From Cycas panzhihuaensis (Eukaryota > Plantae > Cycadophyta), in assembly GCA_023213395.1 (NCBI GenBank), contig CM041465.1:150109741-150173740 (forward strand): a DNA stretch of 64,000 bases. The letters run 5' to 3'. A program made the position numbers and the translations under genes. This document shows positions 1 to 12,516 of the stretch, piece after piece. Numbering within the stretch: the first letter of the stretch is position 1; each line of letters opens with the position of its first letter. The notes beneath the pieces are model-generated. The model was not told the DNA's origin, did no database searches, and worked only from the letters and a program-made list of their open reading frames with translations.

Positions 1-627
1 CCAAGAGGCTAAGACTTCTTTATCTCCTAACAAGATAGGTCCTTAGTGTATATATCTCTAAACTAATTCTCATGGTAAATCTAAGTGTAATAAGCTCAAG
101 CAGTTTAGTAGGATATGTGCCCTATCTAATCAATAATTGTCTCATCTAAACAAAGACTTGTTGATACATATTAACCTATTTCTTAATCACCATGATAAAT
201 GTAATGGGAAGGGTCCCACTAAAGATAAGGGTATATTTATTAGTTCTAAATCTAATACTAAAGAGGCTTCTTCCCCCACCAAGTCCAGTAGGGGTAAAAA
301 AAATAATCGTTATAATCAAAGGCCCCCTTTTAAGGATGATAAAAAATTTCAAGCCAAGACCATCAACATGGTGGAAATAAATAAACTTTTGAAAGTTAAA
401 ACCTCCTCATTTAAGATAACTAAAGTTATTCTTAAGATTTCTCTTTGACCTATAGATATAGATCTCCATTGAACCCTCTCAAAGATCATCAAGATGAGGG
501 TTTTTCCATCATAGAGGAGCTTAAGTCTATTTCTATAAGTACCTATATGTATAACTTGTTTAAGAGGAATCCTAAGTAGATGAAACTTTTTCTCAATGCC
601 ATTAGTATTAAGAATCACGATTCTACC
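1..627 (+). pseudogene. Tat host gag C-terminal / gag-protease linker remnant
   Basis: ORF 137-448 is basic and low-complexity. The sequence continues across TSD CTACC into the protease region at 7805. Confidence 0.6.
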
Positions 628-1069
628 TATTGATGATAGGTATCATATGCAATATCAACAAGATTAAATTTAAAGCACAAAATAGCAACAAATGAATATT
701 GCACATGTACATATTATTTGATAGGTGGAAAGCCCCTTTTGGGGAAGAAAAACCACCTTTGAATTTAAGTTATTTACTGAGAAGATAAATATAGAACATA
801 AGAACCTTACCAAGCTAACAAACCTCCTCTATACCAGATAATACCTTTAGACCAGACTTAAGACAACTTCTAGACAACATTCAGACCACCTCCTAGATTC
901 TAGGAGGAGCTTTTTAAGGAGTAAGAGGTTCATTAGAATGGGAAGTTGTGCATTTCAATGAACTTACATAATAAATAATTATTAAACATAAACCTTATAA
1001 AAATGACTTTAGAAACTTAAATATATATTTAAGACATGTGACAAAAAAGTAACATTAATATTCATAACA
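628..1069 (-). repeat. Copia-1 3' LTR (442 bp)
   Basis: About 90% identical by eye to 7359-7799; terminal TG mutated to TA; adjacent to the PPT. Confidence 0.95.
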
Positions 1070-1099
1070 TCCCCCTTTAACATTGACTTTTGTACAATA

Positions 1100-4000
1100 T
1101 AGAAGATAAAAAAGATCTTCATCATGGTTATGCTGCTTTGATAGAGACTTCTTTTATCTTTAATAAATCTCACAAATTTAAAAATTTTACTTCTGGCAAT
1201 GATTTAATAAGAATGTCAGCAACCTGTATATCTATAGGACAATAAGATAAATGAATAATATTATCAGTAACAAGATTACGTATAAAATGTTGATGTAATT
1301 CTATATGCTTAGTTCATGAATGAGCAACAAGATTAGTGACAATAGCAATAGCACCTTGATTATCAACTTTAAGTTCAATAGAAGAGTTAGGAAATAGACC
1401 AAGTTTACTTAAAAGATATTTGATCCATAATGCTTCTTTACTTGCTTCAATAAATGCTCGATATTTAACTTCTATTGATGATAATGTTAGAACCTACATT
1501 TTTTTACCAGACTAAGTAATAAGTGAGGAATCTAAGAAAAAAACATAGCTAGCTATTAATTTTTGATCATTAGAGTCTCTTGCCTAATCTAAATCAGTAT
1601 ATCCTATTAATTTTAGAGTATTATTACAAAAATTATAAGTTAAGCCATAAAAAGTAGTACTTTAAAGATATTTGAGGATTTATTTAGTGGCTTTCCAATG
1701 TGACTCATGTGGTTTTTACATATATCTAGAATATAGAGCAACATCATAGAAGATATCTAGTCGAGTATGTGTTAAATAAATTAGGCTTCCAATGAGTTGT
1801 CTATATAATGTCAGATCACAAAGTGGTGTTGAACAATCAGTAGATAACTTAACTCCTGATTGTAAGGGATTAGGAGTAGGTTTAGCATTTTCCATGTCAA
1901 ACCTTTTGATTAAGTCTAAGATATATTTAAATTGGGGTATTGTTATTTTTAAATTAGTTTGACAAATTTATAATCTGAGGAAATAATGTAAAAGACCTAA
2001 GTTGGTCATTTTAAATTTATTCATCAAGGTTAATTTTAGTTGATGAATATTGATGATGGAGGTTCTTTTAATGATGATATCATTAACATATATAATTAAT
2101 GTGGTAATATTTTTATCTTCACGTTTAAAGTAGAGGTTTGGATCACTAATACATCTAGTGCATCCATTTTAAGTAAGATAATCATCTACTTTTGTGCACC
2201 AACCTTGAGGAGCTTGTTTCAACTAGTAGATTAATTTTTTTAACTTGTAAACCAAGTTAGGATTATCAACAAAGCTAAGAGGCTGAGTCATATAGATTTA
2301 TTCTTTGAGATCGCCATTTAAAAAGGTGCTCTTAACATTTATTTAATGGATTTTCCAACTAAATTTGGTTGTTAAAGCAATAATAATTTTGATAATATTC
2401 ATTTTAGTGATAGGAGCAAAGGTTTTATTATAATTTATACCATTAATTTGTGAGAAACCTTTTGTAACTAAGTGAGCTTTGTGTTTTTCAATAGCTCATG
2501 TTAAATTAAATTTAGTTCGATAAATCCATTTATAATCAACTAGATTCTTTCCTAGCGGTAAAGTAATAAGATCCTAAGTTGAATTATTTTTTAAAGCATC
2601 TATTTCAACTTGTATGACTTGATGCCATATGGGATTGTTACTAGCTTGTTTAAATGTTTTTGGATCATTACTAGCTATTATTTTGGTTATTAGTACATAA
2701 TTAGTTTGTAGTTTTTGAGAACATATTCTCCTAGTATCTGAAAGATTACCTGCGTCATATCTAACATCAGAAAGAGTTTTCTTTGCTAATACAGGTTATT
2801 TGTTTGTTGAAGTTTCTATTGTAATTAGTTGATATAAAGAAATAGGTTGGGTAGAAGGATCTATAGCAGTTGGTTCGGATAAAGTCCAATTCTCAACTTG
2901 CATAGATAAGGATTTTATTATTTCAAAGTCAGCTTATTTTTTTGAAGGGTCAACCAAATAAGTGGTAGTTAACAAATTCTCAATTGGGAGTTCTACGTAA
3001 GTAGAATTTGATATGGATCCTTCTTCATCAAATATTACATCATATAAGATTGAGATCTTATATGTGATTAGATCTAGAAGTCTATAGGCTTTGCTTTCTT
3101 CGCTGTAACCAACAAAGATGTATTTTAAACTTTTAGGATCTAGTTTCTTATGTTTTTCTTTAGGAACATATCCCCATGCAATATTTCTAAAGATTCTTAG
3201 ATGTTTAACTGAAGGTTTATGACCAAACCATTTCTATTTTGGTTTAATATTCTTTAAGGTCTTACTAGGTAGACGATTTAGGAGATAGTTAGAGTAAGCA
3301 ATTGTTTCTTCCCATAGCTTTGTATCAAGACTCTTTGCATGTAGCATGCATCGTGTCATTTCAATTATAGTATAATTTTTACATTCAGCAACATTATTTT
3401 CTTGAAGAGTGTAAGTAATAGAATGCTAAAATTGAATTCCATATTTTTTGCAAAAAGAAATAAATTTGCTACTTAGGTATTCCTTAGTATTCTCTAATAT
3501 GGAAATTTTGACTTTTGAGTTAGATTGATTTTCAACAAGTGTTTTAAATTTAATAAAGATATCAAACACTTGGTTTCTAGTTTTAAGTGTATACACCTAA
3601 CATTTTCTTGAAACGCATCAATAAAGGTGATGAAATAATGACTACCAGAGTATGAAGTTACTTAGAATGGTCCACATATATTAGAGTGAATAAGTTCAAG
3701 TGGAACTTTTGATCTAAATTGAGTCTGATGTGGAAAGGGATCCATGTGTTGCTTACCTGTTACGTAGGCTTCATAAACACCATAAACAGTAGTTAGGGGT
3801 AGAAGACCATAAACCATATCATGTCTTTTTAGATAGTGAAGTTTGCCATAGCTAGTATGGCCAAACCGTGCATGCTATACTTTACTGGCCGGGTCAGATT
3901 TAACTATAAAGGCACTAAAAGAATTTGATTTAGTATATTGTAAACTAGTTAGGTTATAGAGACCTATTTTATGATCGACAGGTCCTGAGAAAATTGATTT

Positions 4001-5316
4001 GAATTTATTTAAAGGTTCTTTAATAATAAATTTATCTTTTTAGAATTCGACAACAAGTTCTTTCTGGCAGATTTGATAAATAGAAAGAAGGTTTGGTAAT
4101 AAACGAGGAACATAAAATACATCCTTGATTGAACCATCTTTCATAGTGACATCACATAATCTTTTCACTTTGAGTTTAGATTCACTCCCAAAAGAAATCT
4201 TTTCTTCAGAGTTAGTATCAGATTGATAAGTGATTAAATGCTCCTAGTGTCCTGTCATATGATGGGAAGCACTAGAGTCAAGAATCCATTACGATGATAT
4301 ACTAGATGGATCAATGAAGGTAGAGGTTGTAGCAGTTAAAGAATGATTATGTGATTGGGGTTAGGATTAAATTCCCTTAGAATCTTTCCAAGCTTCTGAA
4401 GCTATTATATTTCTATTGATATCAATAGTATGGCCTTTTTTGTAGTAATAAATACAACTGATGTTCTGTGAAGGATTTACAGTGTTTCATTTTAGAATAA
4501 ACTATTTAGAGGTATTCTGATATCTTGGTGGTCTAGAATACTTAGTATTATTTTGAGAAGTAGTTGGTGGACTCTGTCAGGTTTCCAAAACTTAGGATTA
4601 CTATTATAATTATTTTGATGTTTAGTTTTATTTTGTGGTTTTGATTTTGAAAAGAAAGCATAAGAAGGATCCTTTAATTTTCTAGTTTGAATAAACATTG
4701 TTTGGTATTCTATCAGTTGAATTTTCAATTGATTAAAGGTTACTAGTGGATTACCAACTTGCTGTCTAATAGTCTTGAAGAGATTAAAATGCTTTAGGAG
4801 TTTGTTTATTACTAAACAGATGACTGCATCATTATCTTTGGCATGTGTGACTTTTTCTTCTTTATCACCTACTTTTACTATAAATTTAATACAATTCTCT
4901 AGTTCTTTATTGATAAGTTAAATTTTGGATAAGAAATCTTTGACTTTAGAAAAGTCATCATACTTGAGGTCATATAATTATTATTTTGGGATAGCTAATT
5001 GTTGTGTGTTGACCTTGTCATACTTTTTCTTAAGAGTTTTCCAGACGGTGGCAAGATTGTCTGTATCAGAGAATTACTAACTAATGTCAGGTGAAAGAGA
5101 TGATAATATAGTGCTTAGGGCTCCATCATAATTCATCAGATAGACCATATAACTTTCTGATTTTTTGTCTTTTGGTTTTGCAAATTCACCTATAACTTAT
5201 CGCTATATCTTTTGTTGTTTAAGCTAATAGCATATTTGATTTTTTCAGTTGGCATAATTTGAGCCGTTTAAAACTGGAATTGGTATACAGGTGGTTGAAC
5301 TTGGCATGAGTGCCAT
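1100..5316 (-). pseudogene. Copia-1 gag-pol (gag, zinc knuckle, protease, integrase, RT, RNase H) with many stops
   Basis: Minus-strand motifs: LNGSNYAN(W)K ~5250-5275; WILDSSASHHMTGH ~4248-4290; LELIHSNICGP ~3670-3702; HKAHLVTKGFSQ ~2450-2485; TKHIELHQHFIRNL ~1275-1315. Confidence 0.92.
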
Positions 5317-7019
5317 TATGGGTGCAAAACGGTGATTAGAGATCCTCTTGAAAGAGGTTATGATAAGTTTGACTGTAGGTGAATTAATAAATTAAATAGG
5401 TCACAAAACTCATTGATAACCACTGAATATTAAAGGTATCCTTTAATTTACCATTGATAATTAATAGAGATGTTTCAAGAGCTTGAGATCATTACTATTA
5501 TTTGAGATAGATTGTTTAAATACCCTTCCCTTAAAAGAAAATTATATTTTAATAAATACTCCCCTTTCTATTATTATTCTCCTTGCAGTTAAGGTAGCTT
5601 AATATTTTGAAGGGGGCTAATTAAGATACTTAATGCTCTAAAAATCACCTTATAATCAATTATATGATTAATGATTTTATTAAAAAATGATGAAGAGGTT
5701 AATTTAGATTAATTTTTTATAGTGATGATTACCCTTTAATAACAAAAGAAGAAAACTTAAATAGAGTTATTGTTAAATGAAATAAAGTGCTATAAATTAA
5801 AGATAAATAATTGAATAGAGAATAAGTTTATTATAATATATTAATATTTAAATCATAAAAAATTAAGTGATTAAGGGAGGGTGGGTATTAATATTAATAA
5901 AAAATAAGAGGGGAAGGTACTTTAGAAATGTGTGTTTTTAATTAATTACCTAATTATCCTAAATTAACTAGGTTTGATTTAATTACTTATAAAGTTTGAA
6001 ATAAATAAAAAAAAAATGTCGGGGGGAGGGGGGAGGGGGTGGGCCCGAATTAAGTTTTAACTAAATAAAAAAGAATTTTAATTAAATAAAAAAAAATTAT
6101 ATCAAATTTATTTTAATATTAGGTCTGTTTTGGGTTATGAAACCCTACCTGGTTATGTTCTTCATCACGCTGAGGTGGCAGCTATGGCGTTAGATTAATC
6201 TTGAGATCGAGGTGGCTATGGCATTTGATCATTCTTTAGGTCGTTCTCCTTGCGGTGACGTCATAGGTGAGGATTTGGTGTTGGGTGTGGTCCCTCTATG
6301 TGATGGCGTTTGAGGGTTATGCACTACTCCATCTAAGTATCCCCTAATCTTCCTTCATCTTGATCAGTGGTGGATTTAGTTATTCTTCTAATCATGGCTA
6401 TGTCTTCCTTCTTATGTCATTCAAGGTAGTTCGAAATAGGCTATGGGCTTCTACGTTGACCTAAACCCAAACTTGAACTGATATTACTGTTATCTTCTCC
6501 TACCTTCTCCTCTTCCTTCTCTCTGGGGTGATCAAGATGTGGATTACAATAATCGCTTTTGCCACGGAAACCCTTGTCCACTACACCATCTATTTTCTTC
6601 TGCTTATTATAAACCTTGACCCTATTGCACTCACATTCACATGCTCGACTTTGCAAGTCCCTTCTCTTGCGAGCACTTGCCATTGAACCAAGAGTCTAAG
6701 ATAAGCGTATGACAGAGAAAATATTGTACTTCCATGGCAGCTTTTATTTAGGGTTTTAAATGATCTTGGTTCTGTAAACCTCGTGTAGTTAATGATGATG
6801 ATGGCAGGAATCTGAGTAGAAGCATTATCTACCTTATATACATGCCAAGGATAATTTTCTCAGCCCTTGGTATAAGTTTAAGAGATTTAAAAGAGTTAAA
6901 AGATAACTGAGAGAGGATTTGCCCTCACACAAACTGTAAAAAAAAATTGGAGTAATGGGAAGATTGTTAAGAAGGTTTGAGTAGGAGGAGAAAGGAAAAG
7001 CAAAGAAGAAAGATGAGTC

Positions 7020-7340
7020 TGGGACCCCAAGGGCTCTTTTTGGGCTATAATCTCCCTTAAAGAGGTTAGCTTGTAATTCAGCTCTATTCCCTTATATTCT
7101 ATTGAAGAATGTTATTGTATAGATGGAGTTTTGTATTGAGAATGGCCTTGTTCCACTAAAAGGGTATATGCCATGGAGTTCTACACTTGAGGACAAGAAT
7201 AGAGTAATTGGTCCTCAATTTTCTAGTTCAAAAGAATGTGAAGTGTTAATGATAGTAGGGCATCCAGCCTTAGGAAAAACTATTTGGTCTGAGAATTGGA
7301 CAAAAGAGCATTATGAGAAGTGATATATGGATCTAGGATA
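7020..7340 (+). pseudogene. Captured fragment of a host hnRNP U-like protein 1 (SAF-A/HNRNPUL1 family) gene: SPRY C-terminus to Walker A P-loop
   Basis: In-frame translation SPLKRLACNSALFPYILLKNVIV*MEFCIENGLVPLKGYMPWSSTLEDKNRVIGPQFSSSKECEVLMIVGHPALGKTIWSENWTKEHYEK*YMDLG matches my recollection of plant hnRNP U-like proteins (SALFPHILLKNVVVQ..FS.E.GL.P.EGY.PW.S...DG..+.GP.F...+CEV+[30 protein letters not shown]). The stops sit at Gln/Arg (C>T) positions. Confidence 0.82.
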
Positions 7341-7346
7341 AACAAA

Positions 7347-7358
7347 GCTTTGATACCA
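7347..7358 (-). promoter_or_regulatory. Primer-binding site (tRNA-iMet) of Copia-1
   Basis: GCTTTGATACCA = reverse complement of TGGTATCAAAGC (consensus TGGTATCAGAGC), abutting the LTR. Confidence 0.92.
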
Positions 7359-7799
7359 TGTTGAGGATAGGTATCATATGTAATATCAACAAGATTAAAT
7401 TCAAAGCATAAAACAACAACAAATGAATATTGCATATATACACATCATTTGGCAGGTGGAAAACCCCTTCTAAGGAAGAGAAACCACCTCTGAATTTAAG
7501 TTATTTGTTGAGAAGATAAATACAGAACATAAGAACCTTACCAAACTAAAAAACCTCCTCCATACTAGACAGTACCTTTAGATCAGACTTAAGATAGCTT
7601 CTAGACATCATTAAAACCACCTCCTAGATTCTAGGAGGAGCTTTTAAGGAGTAAGAGGTTCGTTGGAATGGGTAGTTGCACATTTCAACGAACTTACATA
7701 ATGAACAATTATTAAACATAAACCTTATAAAAATGACTTTAGAAACTTAAATATATATTTAAGACATGCGAAAAAAAAGTAACATTAATATTCTTAACA
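7359..7799 (-). repeat. Copia-1 5' LTR (441 bp)
   Basis: TG...CA termini; pairs with 628-1069; followed by TSD CTACC. Confidence 0.95.
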
Positions 7800-7804
7800 C
7801 TACC

Positions 7805-9935
7805 AAACCACTCATTACTTTTAATTCATCCTAACTCAGTGAGCATTATGATTACGATAGCATTCCCTCTTTTATCATTTGTATTGTAAGTAGGGAATGG
7901 AATGTAAAAGGGATATTATTGATGAAGGTATTTCCACCAACGTCATTCCTCTTCATCTTCTTGAACTCTTAGTATTTTCACTTTTAAACCCATGAGTTAG
8001 GTATACCAAGGCTTCAATAAAACTTAAATTATTCTTATAGGCAAAGTCTTACTTCCTCTAACCCTTCATAACAAAACTCTTATTATAAACTTTACGATCA
8101 TTGACTTGGATTTAGAATACAACATTTTATTAGGTCAATATTGAATCAACCAGGTAGGGGTCATTTATTCCTCTCTCTTTGGCAAAATCTAGTTCATTTA
8201 TGATGAAGAGGCCTAAGTGGTTCATCATTAGTACAAACCCAATAATAATAAATCTCCATAGTTAATGCTTTTTCTAAGGAAGATGAGACTAAACCTTCCT
8301 TTATTTCACTTGGCTTTAACCAATACTTTCATCTTAAAGCCGCGCTTATTAATAAAGGAATAGAGATTAAAGATGTTTATATGGTTAGTTAAGTTATTTG
8401 TAACCTTAACCTATTTGAAATTAATGAAACCATCCTTGAATACCTTGCTAGTTTATATCCTAATCTTCTTCTTACTTATCATAAACTTGGCTTTGTTAAT
8501 TTCATTCATTGTAGCTCTGCTTTAACTTCTAAAGATGAGGAGACTTCTATGAAGACTCCTCTAATTAATCTTGATCCTTCTTACTATGAGGAGGATAACA
8601 CTTTCCTAGTTAGTAATACCATTGATGTCAATCTTGGCATTGCTAAAGAACCTCATATTATTAAAGTGGGGTTTGAGTACTCCCCTAAAGAGATCTAATA
8701 AATTAAGGAACTCTACATTAAGCTCTCTACTATATTTTGTTGGCACTTTGAATATAAAAGGACTCCACCTTGACATAGTTTTCTATGACATCAACACTCT
8801 TCTAAGATCTAAGCCCAAGCACCAATAGTAGAGACATATTCACCCTCCGCTTTCAAATACCATCAAGTTGGAGGTTAAGAAGGTTTTAAAGACTAGATAC
8901 GTTAAGTATATAGACTATAGACTACCCTCAATGGGTTTCCAACATCATCCTAATCTCCAAGAAAAATAGTTCTATTAGGATTTACAATGATGATAAATAA
9001 ATTAATGATGTGTGCCCTAAAGACAACTTTCCCTTACCTTTTATTAATCAATCTGTCGATTTTCAGGTCATGTCCCTTATGAGTGGACTTTTAGCCTATA
9101 ATTAGATCCTCATCATGCTTGAATATTGTCATAAAATTCCCTTTACTACTCCATGTGATCACTTACAAGGCTATACCCTTTAGCCTTAAGAATCCTAATA
9201 CTATTATATCTTTCATGATTTAACAGATCATAAAATTGGTGTTTATTTTAATAACATGATAGGACTCTTTAAGAGTTGTAATGGATGTATTAATGACCTC
9301 CAAATCATATTTGAGAGGTGTTAAAGATATCACCTTTCCCTTAACCCTCTTAAGTGTATCTGTGCTCTTAACTCTAACCAAATCCTCAGTAATATCATTT
9401 CAAGAATGGGAATCCATATTGACCCTATCAAAATCAAAGTTATCATTGAGATACCACCACTTGTCACTCAAAAATAGGTTAAATCCTTCCTAAGGCAATT
9501 GGATTTCCTACATAGGTTCCTTACCAACTTTATGTTAAATGCCAAGTTTCTTACTAACCTTTAAAAGAAGGGAATTCCCCTTCACTAGATTCTTCAATCT
9601 TAAAATCCTTTTATAAACTTAAAGAAGGAATTATCTCTACTCTTATTCTAATACTTCCTCATTTTGATAGACCCTTTCTCTCATATATCTCAGGTACTGA
9701 AGAATCCCTTGAGGGTACATTAGCCCAAGAACATGACTTTGGTATCGAATATATTGTTTAATTTATTAATAAGATTCTAGTTAGTGCCAAAATCAATTAT
9801 TTTTTATTGAGAAGGAGTGTCTTGCCTTGGTCTTTACAACTGGGAAATTATACCATTATCTCTTAGACAACATTACAAAAATCATCACTCAATCTAATCG
9901 TATTTGAATCCTTCTCATTAAGGCAAATCTTACTA
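7805..9935 (+). pseudogene. Tat host pol part 1: aspartic protease, RT, N-part of RNase H
   Basis: IDEGISTNVIP protease-like motif ~7918-7950; PQWVSNII..SKKNSSIRI and CPKDNFPLPF RT motifs ~8925-9045; FDRPFL.YISGT...G.LAQEHD and IEKECLALVF RH motifs ~9660-9835. Confidence 0.88.
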
Positions 9936-10480
9936 TGTTAAACCTTATGTTTACATGTTAAGTAATGTACCTTATAATGTTTTATTATTTGTACTTTATG
10001 TAAGTGTTATTTATCACTTAAGTCATAAAGTGCACACCCACATTGTTTTTAGTGATATAACATTGTAACTTAAGGGTCAAAGTGACCCTTATATACTTTT
10101 ACTCACAAGAGATCCCTAAGTACACTTATCCTACATGAAAAAGATATAGCTTGGATGTTTAACACTTATCAAATATCAAGCCCCTTAGGTCTCTCCTCTA
10201 ACTCTATATATTAAGACCAATTCTTTTGTATTTTATATGGAGACTAAGTAATACTGTTATTCTGCTAGTTTGCTAATCAAGCATTCATTCTTATTTAGAG
10301 ATTGGGCCAATTCCTTTTCTTTCATATTAGTATTCTTATGCCTGTGATTTCTATGTTTATGATTTCTTATAGTGCTCATTTCAATATTTGCTTTCATAGA
10401 TGCTAATCATCTCATTTATAAGCAAATCTTTCCTTTCCTTGAGATCCTTAAGTTTATAGGTTTAATACCCATTTCTAACT
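9936..10480 (+). repeat. Copia-2 5' LTR (~545 bp)
   Basis: Starts TGTTAAACC; homologous to 16577-17067 but ~54 bp longer; followed by the PBS. Confidence 0.92.
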
Positions 10481-12516
10481 TTTGGTATTAGAGTTGCTGA
10501 GAGGAGTCTTTTCTACTTTTTTTTCTCAGATCTATGAGAGGGTACTAAACCCTTGGTGATGACCTTCATTCTCTAAAGGCAATCTAAGGCTTGGTTTAGC
10601 CATTTTTCAAATTTATCCACCATTATGTGATTATTTGTAAACTATAGATTACTTAATTTATATTCTGGATTTTTTTTAGACATTTTCTTTTTTGGGTGAA
10701 ACACTAATATTTTGCTAAAAATAGTGATTTTTTTTAAAATTAATTATTTTATAGGGCATTTTCTCTCAAATCTATAAAAGATAGGGAGATTAAGCTCAAA
10801 TCTACTCATTAGAGGCTAAAAGAACTCATATTATCTCAAATTTATATATCGAGATGAAGAAGTTTATTGTCAAAAGCTCTTGCTAGCTTTCCCTCTAATG
10901 AAATACACTCTTTGTAGTAGGAAATCTTCTAAGTGAGTGGTAGTTATCTTCCTTCTGACTACTGAATAATGTCTAAGCATCACATGACCTACTCATTGAG
11001 ATCTGTTGGGTGATGCATTCCCTCCATAACTTGGGTAGCTCTTTATAAGATGAGGCAACCTCCTTATTCAAATTCAACTCTCTTCTAACATTTGTGTGGC
11101 TTCTTAGTGGCCAACATCATTATTTCATGGTGATCGTTTATCATTTTCAAGTCTTAATTGTCATCTATTCCTCATCTCTTTATTAGCTAGTTGTATGACT
11201 GTTGTGAAAGATAAACAACTTATTTATGCTTGTTTGTACACTAAATCTCCTCACACTTACCTTCAATCTATTATATACATTGGGGAAATCAAAATTTAAA
11301 GCCAAATTTTAATTTTAATCCTCCATTTAATTGCTCTTGATGTTTGCTCGATTAATTTTTCCACCACAAGTCTATTGTCATCATTTTTTTTCATAAAATT
11401 TTCATATTTTATAATTTATAATATGACCTTAGGTTATTAAAATAAGAACATTCCTTGAATATTCTTCTTTTTATTATTTTCATTTACCTAAAGTTTATTT
11501 TTCAAGTGTAAATTTAATGATATTTCATCATTAGTAAGCCTTACACTCACTCTTCTTTATTTCTTGAGTTTACTAACACATAAATTTTTTTTGCAAGTGT
11601 GTTATATGACTAAAAAATAAGTGATTTTAGACTTTTTATACTCATTTGTAACAAATTCATATAGTATAATTAATTTTCTTAAGGCTCCCTACGAGGTGAC
11701 GTCAGCGCTCTAGTCTTAAAAAGGGCTAAAATTCACTTTTTAAATAAAATCACTTAATTTTTTGGAGTCCAATTAGGACTATTTAAAGTCCTAACATATT
11801 GGCGGTACTTGTATACTCTTGTAAGTGATTGATTTTCATTATTAAAGTGGTTATTTTGTCATTAAAAGAGAATCCACTTGAAGAACTACATTAAGCAAGC
11901 TCTATGTTTTACTTAGATACTTAACACTATTTTTTTCTATTTTAAGTGCTATTAAAAACATTTAATCTGTTACTTTAGATGTACTCATTCACTTCTTTTT
12001 GAACCCTCATTTGTAAGCTTTTGATTAAGAATTTATAAGTAGCATTTCATTAAGTAAACTTTACTTAAATTCCTTAAAATTTGACTTTAAAATCTTATGG
12101 GAGAGGCTCGAAAAAAGTTAAGTTCTTACCTCTATAATCTCAAGCTTGGTGCATTCCCTAAAGGACCAACTGACCGTATAGTTAGTGCACAATAATTAAG
12201 ATTTCTTGGGGAAAAGGAGGTTTGAAAAGGGTGTTATTAGGGATATGAGTCATAGGAGAAGCATGGTGCATCCATGTAGATCAACCTTACCTACCTTATT
12301 CTAAATTTGACTTAGTCAACTATTAGATCTACTTAAAGATCAAGGTTAGACCAATTCTTTAGATTAGTCCTCTATCCCTCATTACTCTATTTAGTTTTTA
12401 GATCTTCTAGTAAGATCATGGTTATTAGTGTGTTAGAAGATAGAACTTAAGTGACAAAATCTTTGAGTTTCAAAGTTCATCTCGTAGCTTGAAGACTTTT
12501 AAATAACTTCAACATA

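Larger units (their letters stand above)
628..7799 (-). mobile_element. Full-length Ty1/copia element (Copia-1), decayed
   Basis: Direct LTRs 628-1069 and 7359-7799; TSD CTACC at 623-627 and 7800-7804; PBS (TGGTATCAAAGC on minus) 7347-7358; PPT (TTAAAGGGGGA on minus) 1070-1080; copia domain order on the minus strand. Confidence 0.96.

Noticed and set aside
7123-7323. ORF with a P-loop as a functional host gene
   Set aside because: Flanked by in-frame stops at conserved codons, partial, and enclosed in a retrotransposon leader; treated as a captured pseudogene fragment.
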